Shown here: piece after piece, positions 47,001 to 58,674 of the stretch | Position numbering within the stretch: the stretch's first letter is position 1 | How the letters are laid out: each line of letters begins with the position of its first letter | Assembly: GCF_000143415.4 (NCBI RefSeq) | Contig: NW_003314304.1 | Location: 1,478,841-1,542,840, forward strand | Direction of reading: 5' to 3' | DNA from: Selaginella moellendorffii | Lineage: Eukaryota > Plantae > Lycopodiophyta | DNA: 64,000 bases | Program-made: the position numbers and the translations under genes | The notes under the pieces: model-generated | The model's input: the letters and a program-made list of their open reading frames with translations, nothing else | Database searches by the model: none | What the model was told of the DNA's origin: nothing

Positions 47001-47301
47001 TTAATATGAAATCATTTGATTAGTTTTTCCTTCACTTGGATTATTAAAAATTCAACACTGAAATAAATTTGAAACATTAGGATAAATATGAAAGAATATT
47101 TTAGAGCAATAATGCAAACTTACTTCATCAACTTTTCTTAAAAAAAAATACCCCAATCATTCCAAAGACATATAGTAATAATTATATAAAGTATGTTCAT
47201 CTATCTTCATATTTCCAAACTACCTCGTAAAAATATATATTGATGATCTACTTTAAAATGGTGTTTGTTAAATAAAACTAAAAACATAAATGTTAAATAC
47301 C

Positions 47302-47659
47302 NNNNNNNNNNNNNNNNNNNNNNNNNNNNNNNNNNNNNNNNNNNNNNNNNNNNNNNNNNNNNNNNNNNNNNNNNNNNNNNNNNNNNNNNNNNNNNNNNNN
47401 NNNNNNNNNNNNNNNNNNNNNNNNNNNNNNNNNNNNNNNNNNNNNNNNNNNNNNNNNNNNNNNNNNNNNNNNNNNNNNNNNNNNNNNNNNNNNNNNNNNN
47501 NNNNNNNNNNNNNNNNNNNNNNNNNNNNNNNNNNNNNNNNNNNNNNNNNNNNNNNNNNNNNNNNNNNNNNNNNNNNNNNNNNNNNNNNNNNNNNNNNNNN
47601 NNNNNNNNNNNNNNNNNNNNNNNNNNNNNNNNNNNNNNNNNNNNNNNNNNNNNNNNNNN
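47302..47659. other. Assembly gap (N run)
   Basis: Run of N. Confidence 1.
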
Positions 47660-47716
47660 TATATAAAGCATATTTATTTACCTTCATTTTGCTAAACCAC
47701 CTCATAAAAATATAGA

Positions 47717-50700
47717 TTAATGATCTGCTTTAGAATGGTGTTTGTTAAATAAAATAAAAAATTTAAATGCTAAATACCTTTGCAAACCCATATTTGTTTT
47801 CCCTCCAAGATTATGGGATGAAGAGCAAAATATTTTTCCATGATTGTCTCCTGTTTTTCTTTTTTCCCAAATTTAGTTGTCACTAGCTTAAATATCTCTT
47901 GCACATCTTCTGCTTTGGGATTTGTAGTTAGCTTGCTTTTGAGAAGACATGAATCCAAAAAGCTTATAAGCCTTCCCTTGGTTTCATCCACGATTGCATT
48001 CACTATCGGTCCAACACCAGCAAAATGTCCTCCAACTTTGGCCCCAATAAATAATAAGATCAATGTATGTTTAAGTACTAGAGCAAATTTCTTGAGCCAG
48101 TTTGGTGGGAGATCCAATTCAACACCTATAGAACTCTTCACTTGATGACCTTTAGAAGTTCCTTCAGGCCATTCACACAAGTAGTGAAGTCTACCATGTG
48201 TTCCCAGTATTTTACTGTAATTTTTCCACATATTATTCTCATCAAGAATATATGGATATTTTGGGCAATCTGTCTCCAATTTCAATAATACTCGAAAACA
48301 CGTTGTATGGATTGCATTCACTTTATCTATGATAGACTTGAGTCCATTCTTGAGCTCGTTAACGCTTACTTCAATGTCATTAAGTTTTGTATCCAACTTG
48401 TCAAAACGGTTCTCCATTTTATCAAACATCTTCTTAATATATCTGAGGATTGCATCGAGTTTTGGGTCTTCAATGTTTGGAAACTCAACAACATTTGATG
48501 ATGCTTTGGGAATTGTGACTTCTCCAACCTCCTCATAGTCCTTTAAGAGTTCATGAAGCTCAACAAACTTATTCACCACTTCATATTTTTGCTCATTAGG
48601 CATCAATAACTTGGCCAAAGCATTCTCATCTGAGACTTTCAAATCGTTAATCACATCCCAACTCTCTACTTCATGTGAATAATTCCAAGTGTGAGAGTAT
48701 TCTAGACCTCTTTCTCTTGCTTCATATTTGACTTTCTTTAGTGGATAAATAACTGCATCCCATGATTTTGGTTTGCCCACATTATTTAGTATCCTTCTCC
48801 ACACATAACCACGTCTCATCACATTTTCTTCAATTTCCAAAGATGGGCAATCCTCCATACATACCCCAATAATGCAATTTCTAATTTTTTCCATCCATCC
48901 TTCAGCTTCCTTTTCTAAATCCGGCCTTGGTGCATTCTCTACCTCTTTTGGGTAGTAGATGATGACATCAACCCATTGCCTATCTTTCCAATTGTTTGTG
49001 TCTCCCCCAACTCTCACAATTATCTCAATAAGGTTTTTTTTCAAAGCCACCCATCCATTCCCAAGCCTGAAACCTTTCTTGCTTAATTTGTGAAGTTTAA
49101 CTTGGATCTTTGTGAAAATACTTGCAGGAAACAATTTCAAGTCCTTGTCTTTGCATTCAAACCTCCTGCCCCAGTAGTTGTGGTTTTTTTGAGTGTCAAT
49201 TGGCACTGAGGGTGACAATAAATCTTCTGGAGGTGAATATTCTTCTTGCAATAATGTTGGCATTATCAGCTCTTTGGGCAAGTTATGCCAATTCCCATCC
49301 CATTTATCATCCCAAGGCAATATCACTCCCATCTCATGGAGCACTCCAAGAATGTACTCCACTATTTTGTCTTCGTTCCCACATTGTTGCTTCAACTGAT
49401 GTTTAACTATGTGTGTGTCCATTTTACTTTGGAGTTTGCTTGTCTCAGTATGTATGAAGAGCTGCACCACATCCTTGATAAACCATTGGACATCTAAGAT
49501 GGCAAATTGAGACACAATGTCGTCCTCTTCATGTCCCAAGCCAAAGTAAATTGCATCACCAGAATCATGTAGAAATTGCAAGATGAATTTGAGAACATTC
49601 TTGGAACTCCTGTGAGGCAAGAGGATTTTGCCAACTTTTTCTAGGGGTATGACCTTCTTGTGACTTGGATCTTGTACCAATTTCCTCTTTGCTTTGAGAC
49701 ATTCCCGTGGTATTTTTTGCTGGGCTGACAGCAGTTCTTCCAAGCAACTCCCCAACATGGTTTTTATCCCCCTTAAATCTTTCACTTGAGTGGCCACCAC
49801 CTCAAAACAAAAGTCATTCCCAAACTCAAGTACTTGCCGATAGCCTTTGTCGGAGATTATTGCAGAAACCACCTCCTTTGGGTCAAAGTCGGGTTCTGGA
49901 GTGAAAAAGTTCAAGGCAATCAAGACCCTGGGCTTCCTTTTGGGTGAGGCTGATTGATGTGAAGCGATGAACCTCAGCCAGTAAACCAAATTCTGCTTGA
50001 AAACCTCACAATTGCCATCCTCCACCTTGCATACGATCAAGAAGAGATCCTTCTCACTTCCTCTGAGAAAGTACTGGTGGAAAGCATGGAACTCTTCCTG
50101 TCCAGCCAGGTCGCAAATGAGCAGCTTTTGTTTGGTGGTCGCATAGACAAGTGGTTGCAGCTCAATGCCTGCTGTTGAAGCATGCTTTTGGAGACATGAT
50201 GGAAACCAAGACACTCTGCGGCAGAGGTTTTTTTTTATTGTGGTCTTTCCAACCCTGCTAGCACCAAACAAGAAGACATTTGCTGTTGACGGGTTGTCAA
50301 AGTCTTTGAATGCACTCTGCTGGAAACTTGCTTGAAAGCTTCAGAAGCTTCGGAATCATCACCTAGCTCAAGCACTTCCACGAGGCTTTGGTAGTTTTCC
50401 TATCATTGCATGTAGTAAATATTTAAATTATTAGAACAAAATGTGTTCTTTAGAACATTTTTATCTATATAATATATAGAGAGTTATTAAATTATTAGGT
50501 TCGCCATAACCTTAAAATTTTAAAATTTATAATGTTCGTACTAAATTACAATTGAAAATTGACCTCAACTCGTGAGCTCAACTCTTCAACTCGTGAGCTC
50601 AAGTATGGTCCGCGCCCGTATAGTCTTTGCAGCGAACAGTTTGAACAAGTGAGTGCCTTGAAGAGTGCTTCACCTGCCTCCTCTCGAAACGTTGCCACCA

Positions 50701-51586
50701 GTTTTACTAGCTTAATGCAAATGCCACTCTGAAATGCCTGTTCCCACCCTTCCTTGCCAATGTGGTTATCTTCGATGACTAACTCTTCCACCCTGCACTC
50801 CTGACTTGCCAGATCCCTACTCAATTTCCCAAATCCTTCCACTGTCATCCTGTTCCCCAGCAATTGGAGACGTTTCAAGTTGTTTCCTGGTTTCCTAAGG
50901 AGTTGGCTAAGGAGAGTCTCTGGGTTCCCAACCCTGTACAACCAAAGCTCTGTCAAGCAGTCGAGCTGAGCAAAGGCCAACTCAAGCTCCTGAGGTGGTG
51001 TGAGGATGTCTTTGCCTCGCCAATCGAAACGTAGCCCTTTCAAGACCTTGAATTCCTGTGTCATCGTCAGTAGCTTTGCAAACCTCTGCACCTCAATCTG
51101 CCAAATATCCTGTCCCTGCTGAGGAGGAGCAATGCCCTCTGCCACCCTTTGCATTCGATCACTGGGAATGCCCAACCTACAAGCGACCCTGGCAGCGAAG
51201 TGGATGAATCTGATGTCGAGCTGTGGTACCAAAGCGGCCTTGAGAATGTCAATGTGAGCAGCAGCAGCAGCAGCAGCAGACGAACTGCCATCACCAGGAG
51301 CATCTCCCACATCCAGAGCCCTGTCTAACCTGGGCGGATTTGAAATGCACCAGTTGAGCACACCAATCAGATCCTCCTCTGTGCCTCCAAACCCCTCAAC
51401 GGTAGCACTCACCTCATCAACAAACTCACCTTTGGATGCGTCAAGCGCCTCCAGCCTCCAGACAAGCTCCCCACAATTAAACTGAATCGCATTGAAGTGC
51501 CGCTTGTTGCCCCGCTTCGCTGCGAGAGCCTCCTTGATCTCCTTGACAGAGTCACAGCGGATCCACACTCGTCGCTCCTCCTCCAT
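47717..51586 (-). CDS. TORNADO1-like Roco protein (LRR - Roc GTPase - COR - coiled coil - C-terminal domain); possible frameshift near 50340
   Basis: RI-type LRRs (LKRLQLLGNRM, VEELVIEDNHIG); P-loop GASRVGKT; DLAGQEEFH; LHDSGDAIYF and WGRRFEC COR; LHYLCE; a 53-bp intron (47725-47777) gives WVCKDH*. Confidence 0.8.
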
Positions 51587-51998
51587 GGAAGTTTGCCCTA
51601 GATCGAGTGATCATGAGTAAACTTCTCCCAGCTGTGGATAAGAAAGTAAGCACGAGTTAGTTTAGGGTTTAGAACAGATAAAATGGGGAAGAAGGGGAAA
51701 GGGAAAAGAGAAGACCGAGCGAGTTCGTCGCCACGACAAGGTGTTAGACGAGGATGATATCGATGCGATCTCTGGCCAAAGACTCTCAATTGTTTTCCTT
51801 TTTGTCAGTGAAGGGGCAGTGGAGAGCACGAGTAAAAAGTGAGCTGTAATGTAAGAGTTAATTTAGGAATTAAACGGAAAGGACAAGACCATAAACAAAC
51901 ATAAAATGATTCCATTTGGTGGATTTTATGACACGCTGAGGGAAGAAAGGTCGGCTGTTTCAGCAGTGTAAATGTTTAGTATTGAATTTTTGACACAG

Positions 51999-53600
51999 GT
52001 ACTTCAATAATCTTTAAGTGCTGGATTTAGACGATTATAAGGTTTGTTTCTGTCGCTCATCGTTCTTCCTTGTTTTTTAACAACTAAACTGATTTCCTTT
52101 TGCAGTGGCAAGAGATAAAACCCAAGCTTGGAGCTGCCTGGCCTTCAGCTGGAACTGGTTCTCAGCTTGCTGTTTATTTAGATGAGGTATTTGTCTACTA
52201 AAAGTATAGTTTTGCGTGTTGTGAACATTTTTTCTTTTCTAGATTTTCTTGTACGGTGGCTATTTCAAAGAGCCTGTGCTTGTTTTACATTCTCGTTTGG
52301 AGTTTTAGTTTTTCAATGTGTTTTGTGAAGGTGAAAAAATCCGGTATGGCTCCTGGCCAAGAGCAGGATTTTTGTCCACATCTTGTTTGGTGGTGTAGTT
52401 GATGCTGATGAGTACGGTTTCAATGCATGCGTTGGAAAAACTAATGTCTTTTGCAGGTGATTCCCTGCACAGCGTTTTTATGATCGAGATGTATATGCTT
52501 TCCAGATGGTTTGTATCTCGTCGATTTTTTTAAAATTATCTAAACACCATCGCTCGCAGGTATCCTTTGGAGCTTCTCAAGCCAAAGAGCCTAAAGATTA
52601 AGGTATGGCAATCTGAGATTGTGTAGTGGTTAAGTGTGCATCCAAAGCAGAGGAAAGTGGTTGATCCAAATGTGGAAAATGCGTCTCAACGTTGAGCGTT
52701 CGGCTTGAAGGTTGTTGCCTTGTGGAAGAATGAATGCTGGAATGGTCGTTGGAAAGGATACTTTATTTCTGTATGGAGGTATGAAAGAAGTCGGCAAAAA
52801 AAAAGTGACACGACGACCTTTCCTCGCTGGACCTTCGATGTGTGGAAGTGCATTATTGAGGTTAGTATGATCGAGCCATCATCCAGCCTCATACTAATGT
52901 CTCAAGCAGGAAACACAAAGCGCGTGGATTGAAGCTAGTAAGGAGAAAGGCGAAACTGATGGTGACAACAGTGATGCTGGATCGATTAATAAAGGAAAAG
53001 ACGAAGAGGACGATGACGAGGTAGTAAAAAAGAAGGATGTAAGAAAACTTGTCTGTTTCCTTTTGTGTTCTAGGATGCAGTGGAGTCACTGTGAAGAGGC
53101 AGCTGCTATTCTTAGGGGCGAAGGCAAAAAGGTGACACAGAAAGCACGGAAATTAAAGATTGATCCGAGCTGGGCCTGGCTGATTCCCAACAAACACTTT
53201 TGGTGAGTGCTGATAGTAGTTCATCTTCCTGTTTTGTTATTGATTTGTCTTTCAGCCTGGAGAAACGCTGAGAGATTTTTTCTCTTGGACGATCATGTAT
53301 TGGCAAATGGCACCTTACGATCACACCCAACACACTGGAAAGGTGACAACGCAGGTTTTCTTTCGCTCGTTCTTCATGCTCTATGCATCTATCAGGAGCT
53401 CAGGAAGGATGGATTTGACTTGGCAAAGACACGCTACAGAGAACTTAAAACCCGTCCTTGACAAGGTAAAGTGGTGTTTTAAGAAGGAATCCTCACAACA
53501 GCATTGTTTGATTTGCAGCTCGCGAGACTTGAAGCCGACCACAACGCCGAAGAGGAGGCTACCAAACCTTCCAAAGAGCGCAGCAAGAAGAAAGGATAAG
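51999..53600 (+). pseudogene. Kelch-domain protein 4-like (KLHDC4/KEL3, DUF4110) 3' half, disrupted
   Basis: YFNNL*VLDLDDYK, IFLYGGY, LFGGVVD, MVVGKDTLFLYGGM, YWQMAPYDHTQHTGK, ELRKDGFDLAKTRYRELKP; stops and deletions. Confidence 0.85.
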
Positions 53601-53684
53601 GTCCGTGATCTCTGAAAGTTCTAGCTGAAAATTAAATGAATAGATTACAGTTATTCCCAGAGGTATGGTGAGTGCTTTCCTTTT

Positions 53685-54929
53685 CTAGAGGCAATGCCAT
53701 TGACATGAAACCACTAGTATACAATCTCTGCGTCCTATCATCAATGGTGATAGAAGGTTAATTAATAAGGACGATCCGCATGAAATGGATATCCTGCTCT
53801 TACCCAGGATAAAGTTTATATTTCCATGATTGCTCGCAGAGTGTATGGGCCTGAGATATGCCATGGCTTGCTTTCGGTTGCCTTTCGTAAAGTGCAGAGT
53901 GAACACTCTCTCTACGCGGTCCATAAACTTTACTACCTGTAGTGCATTGGAGCAATGAAATCCCATCAGCAAGACCCCCAAAGGAAAATTTCTTCACACC
54001 TTGTCCGACGTTGCAAAGTGAGAGTTTTCGACCATCTTGAGGTAACTGCCAGACTCCAGTCACCTGAAAATTTAAAAAAGCTTTTTAGAAGTCTGCAGTA
54101 ATTTTCCATTTTCCATAAGTACCTTGTCATATTTCTTGCGGATCCTGACGAATGCCATCATGTTCAAGGAGCTGCCAAGTAAGTTTTCAACACTTTGAGA
54201 ACATGGATCAATCGTATAGAGGTCATTCACCTCAAGTTTCTTAGGAGTCGAAGCCCACGATAAAATTCGACAAAGGCCGTCTGGAGCATCTTGGCTGCTC
54301 GCTGAACCTTTCCTTTGTTACCGGGGCTCCCCTTCAAGCTCTGAGATTCGTCATCTACAACATGGCAGAGATCAAACGATTCCAAGTTAAGTGCTACAGA
54401 TTTAGAGGCTGCTATAACAAACCTTGCATAACGATGAGCTCTTGCATTTGGATGTGAAGTTGCTGTGCTTGAGCATCGTACTCGTCTTCCTTGCATCTAA
54501 AAAACTTGTCCACTTTGTTGAGCTGATCGTCAAGGCCGAAAAAGAAGCTCTTTTCGTGATCCGATCGAGTTCCAAACAGCTCCGTCTCGTAAAAATCCTT
54601 GCCATCTGCAATTCTCCTCTTGTGCACAACCTGACCGTATTGAAGAGTTTTGTTTCGTCTTTACAGTCCAGAACATCCATGGATGTTTCCGAGGATATGG
54701 ATTGTTCGCAGCAGCTGCTCAGGATGGCGCTGGGATCTTGCAGCAAGTTTTGAAGCTTGCTCTTGTCAACCGAGAAGACATTTGGATCGAACACCTTGTG
54801 CTGCTGGTTCTTGGTATGTAGGATCTGGTTTTTGATTCTCTTGACAACTTTCTTGAGCTGCTTGTAGTCGCAGTACTTCACCCACTCTGGGACGAGCTGG
54901 CCCTCCAGCTGCTTCTGGAACTTCACCAT
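53685..54929 (-). pseudogene. PHO1: PHO1-family SPX domain, truncated before EXS and frameshifted
   Basis: MVKFQKQLEGQLVPEW..YCDYKQLKK, LDDQLNKVDKFF, AFVEFYRGLRLL, SLNMMAF, GNRKQAMAYLRP; frameshift near 54054. Confidence 0.85.
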
Positions 54930-57433
54930 GTCTGAAAGCTTGGATTACCTGAGGCGAACATCGTCAAGAAAACGATCAAGCAAGAGATGAAATACCTGGA
55001 GGAAATGGTGTCAAGTTTAGAATGCCTCTTCAAACTTTTCTGGCGCCTGTGCTCTGGAAGCAGAGGAAGAACAGTGGCAATGAGCATATGACGAGACAAA
55101 TGGTGGCGTGGAATCATCAAATGCGGGAGGAGCACCACCAATTCTCACAAGAAAACAGCGCCTTAAGATCATCTCTGGAGAAAAGGGGGAAAGCCTTCGT
55201 TTCTCACCGACGCCAGCGAACAATTACATAAGAATACGTTTTCCCGAGTGAAACTGACGCAGCAGAGTGCAAGAGGAGAGAAGAAGCAAGCGATCCATTG
55301 GCCTATGGAACTAAAAAAGGAAGCAAAAGGACAGGGAATGCAGGGGAATCTACATGAAAAGAAGCTGTCGTAAGTTACACACTTACACACACTCTCACAC
55401 ACTTCAACTCTTTTCTTGTCAACACGAGTAATTTATGCGAGCGAAAGGGAATGAAAGAATCATTTGAGCATCTAAAGCATGGAAGGAAGCGAGGCACGTA
55501 CTCTTTCTGGAAATCACGCTTATGGAGCGTTTTGTTTCGTCGGAATCCCGATTGCTGGCGCAACCAAACTGAAAGAATCGCAAGCTCAGAACTACGAAAG
55601 CAAAGAAAAAACTTACTCTTGAAAGGGGACGACGAGGAGAAGAATAACCGAAGGAGCCAAGCTTGGAATCGAGAGAGCTTGTCGAGTTCTCGAGGTGAGA
55701 GCCCTTTGCTCACTCAAAAACTTGAAGCAAAGCTGAATAACTCCAACAAAGCGATAAGAACGCCACCTTATATTGAAACACACGGCGGTTGTCAAGCGAT
55801 AATTCAGCTCTTCGTCTGGAATGCACCAGCAATAAAATAATGCATATGACGCAGAAAGAAGAACTTAACGTACCCGTTCGCTGCCACTTATCAAACTTGA
55901 CAACCCAAGTAACGTCCCCAACCTTCGTCGCACGAATTCGATCAACCCACATACAGAAGTTCTTTCCCCTGTGAATACCGTGGAGGGACGTAGAATCTCA
56001 ACGCTTGTACGAAGATCGTCTTCTAGTCCCCACGGAGTGACCAGCGTTGAGTCAGGGGCCTGCCAGCCATTTCGTTGCTCAACCATCCAAAAGTACTAAA
56101 TACGAGGAACTTACCATTGGCCTTTTCAAGTGTTCAAACACCTCGTGGGAGCTTTCAACCTCGCCTCGTAACCATCTCACACAGTAGCACCACGTCCGAT
56201 CAACCAGCAGTGAGCTGGCTCAGTAAGTCGGCATCCCTGGGCGAAACACAAGGATCAAACTTGAACTCTCGGATAGCTTGTAAGATTCCCGAAGCGCATC
56301 TTTCAGTGCCACGAAAGATCTTGGGATTGTCTTTGGCATTATCAAGGTACCACTGCGTAAGATCTTCAACCGCATTCCCGACCTGAGATCGTCAGTGAGT
56401 GAGTGGCTGATCAATCGACTTCAAGAACTTACGATCACTCCAGAAACGTCTTTGACGGCAAAGAGCTCAGCATCACAAGAACTTTCTGAGGAGCTCTGCC
56501 TTCCCTCATGAGCTGTCCCTTGTCAGCTGCTCAAGGGAGAACATCCATATCCTGTCCTCCGCTGTATATGATTTTTACATCCAACTGGAAGAACAAAAAA
56601 GAAGAAGGATTAGATCACAAAAGCTTCGAACGATCCTCTAAAAACTTGCCTCACACTCGATCAATCTCTTCAACAGTGTCTCCACAACCCGAGGATCCTC
56701 CGCCTTCTTCAGCTTGAAGCTGACTTTGTGAGGTCGCTGTGCTGTTTGTTCCTACAGAAAAAAAAAAACCAGGACGAGATAGAGAAAACCGTTGTAAACA
56801 CCATCAAAGAGAGGATATGGAATTTTTCTACCTGGAATGTAAGCTCTGGAAACTTGGAAGTCTCTTCCAAACAGCCCTATCCCACCCCTTGTTTGGTTCT
56901 CGCCCATGGCATCGCCGTACAATCTCGACATCGTGACCTCCGGCGTGAGCAGCGTCCTCTCCCGCCTCATCAGTCGGCGATCTTCCAGTCGAGAACACCA
57001 GAAGCGAGTCATGGAAATAATCTGCGGCCCAGAGCGCATTGAAGAAGAAACCCGATGCGTACCATTGTTCCATCGAGATCGGAGACGATCGCGAGCCGCG
57101 CCCCCTCCATTACAAGCTAATGTGCAAAGAACCCTAAAAGCATATGCATAGTATCCCTCGAATCTTTTTAGACTTTTCACTAGTTTCCAACTTGTCTTCC
57201 TTCCCAATCCTCGTAGCCTCTTAGAAACGCACGAAGAGGACCACTCTCTCATTCGGAGATACCGCCGAATCGTAAAGGGATCTTCCCTTCACATAGAAAT
57301 CTGCAAAGAACCGCTCCACACAAATTCCTTTTCAGAGTTTCTATACCTCGAATGGATCTGTCTGGTGCTTCTCATTGTTTTCTTGCTCTTCGACCTCTTC
57401 CTGGAAGAGCAATCCAAGGCAGCCTCATACTGG

Positions 57434-58633
57434 CTCTGCTGCTGCTGCTGCTGCCCGATCAAATTCCCCTCAAATTCGACACATTGCCCGGGCAAGCGTC
57501 ACAATCCCAATGCCGCCACCGCTGCGAGGCGCTGCCAACACGATCAACGAGAATCGATGCCCTAGCGCATTGGGGGACGCCGGGCTCGAACCCGGACCAG
57601 CGGATGCCGCGCCGCGCCGGACTCGAGCCACGGACCGGCGGTCTCGTCGCCGGACTCGAACCCGCCACCGTACGCTCTACGCCTCCACCGCTACCATACG
57701 CCTCTCTCTAGTTTATTATACGCCTCCAATCCTTGGTAGTGCTTCCTCATGATCACCTCTATGTGACAACCAACCCCGCGTAGAGTACGCGGGGTACGAC
57801 GTTTGAAACTCCATTCATTGGGCTTTGTTAAAGAGAATAACAGAGAGAACGCCACTGTAGCTAAACCTAGAAATCAAAAACTAAGGGGATGACAATGCTA
57901 GTAGTTCTTTTTTACATCGTGCCACCTTAACCCTAGCGAATAATAGAATATTCGCTGCCGGAGAATATTCCGGAATCGGCACATGATAGAGGGCAGTGAC
58001 AAGAGGTTTTGGGCCTTATTTTTATTGTTCGCTGGGAGTCCATGTTCCCTCTTTAGCTCCCCATGTGTGGCCTTTGTTTTTGTTGCCAGCCAAAGAAACA
58101 CACAGAAAGTTTGAAGGAGAGAGAGAGAGCGCAAAAATCTGAGAGGAGAGAAAGAAATGGGACCGGCTTTGATTGACTTTGCCGCGCTCCACTTCCCTTG
58201 ATCCCTCCATCTCCATCTCGTCCTTTTTCTTTTTCTATTCGGACTTGAACGATTCGATCCATGCCATGTTTCGCTCGAAGTCGATGGATCACTGCCCGAT
58301 CACTCCACCACTTCTTGTCAACTGGAAAAGTCTTTAAATTCCTCTCGCTGATGTGATCAGCACGGCATTAGCCTGAGATCAAGGCCGCAGATCATCCAGC
58401 AAAGTCTAAGCTTTTTGCCATGGATGTGACAAGCTAACGTGTTATCCAGAGCGCTTACAGGTTCCATTGTTTTTTCCATGACAATTCTTTTTCCTCTGGC
58501 GACCGGCACGAAAGTCGTCCGAAGCAACCCAAACTGGAAACAAGATACATGCCCAGTTTCTCGGACAGATTTCCTCAAGCCCGGCAGCACACGGAAGACG
58601 AAGAAATTCGTTAAAAAATCCACGAGCAAGCAG

Positions 58634-58674
<41 letters not shown>

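Noticed and set aside
47207-47715. ORFs of X residues
   Set aside because: Artefacts of the N gap
57772-57795. GC-rich hairpin as a Helitron 3' end
   Set aside because: No CTRR-T terminus at the expected distance; the stem is imperfect in copy 1
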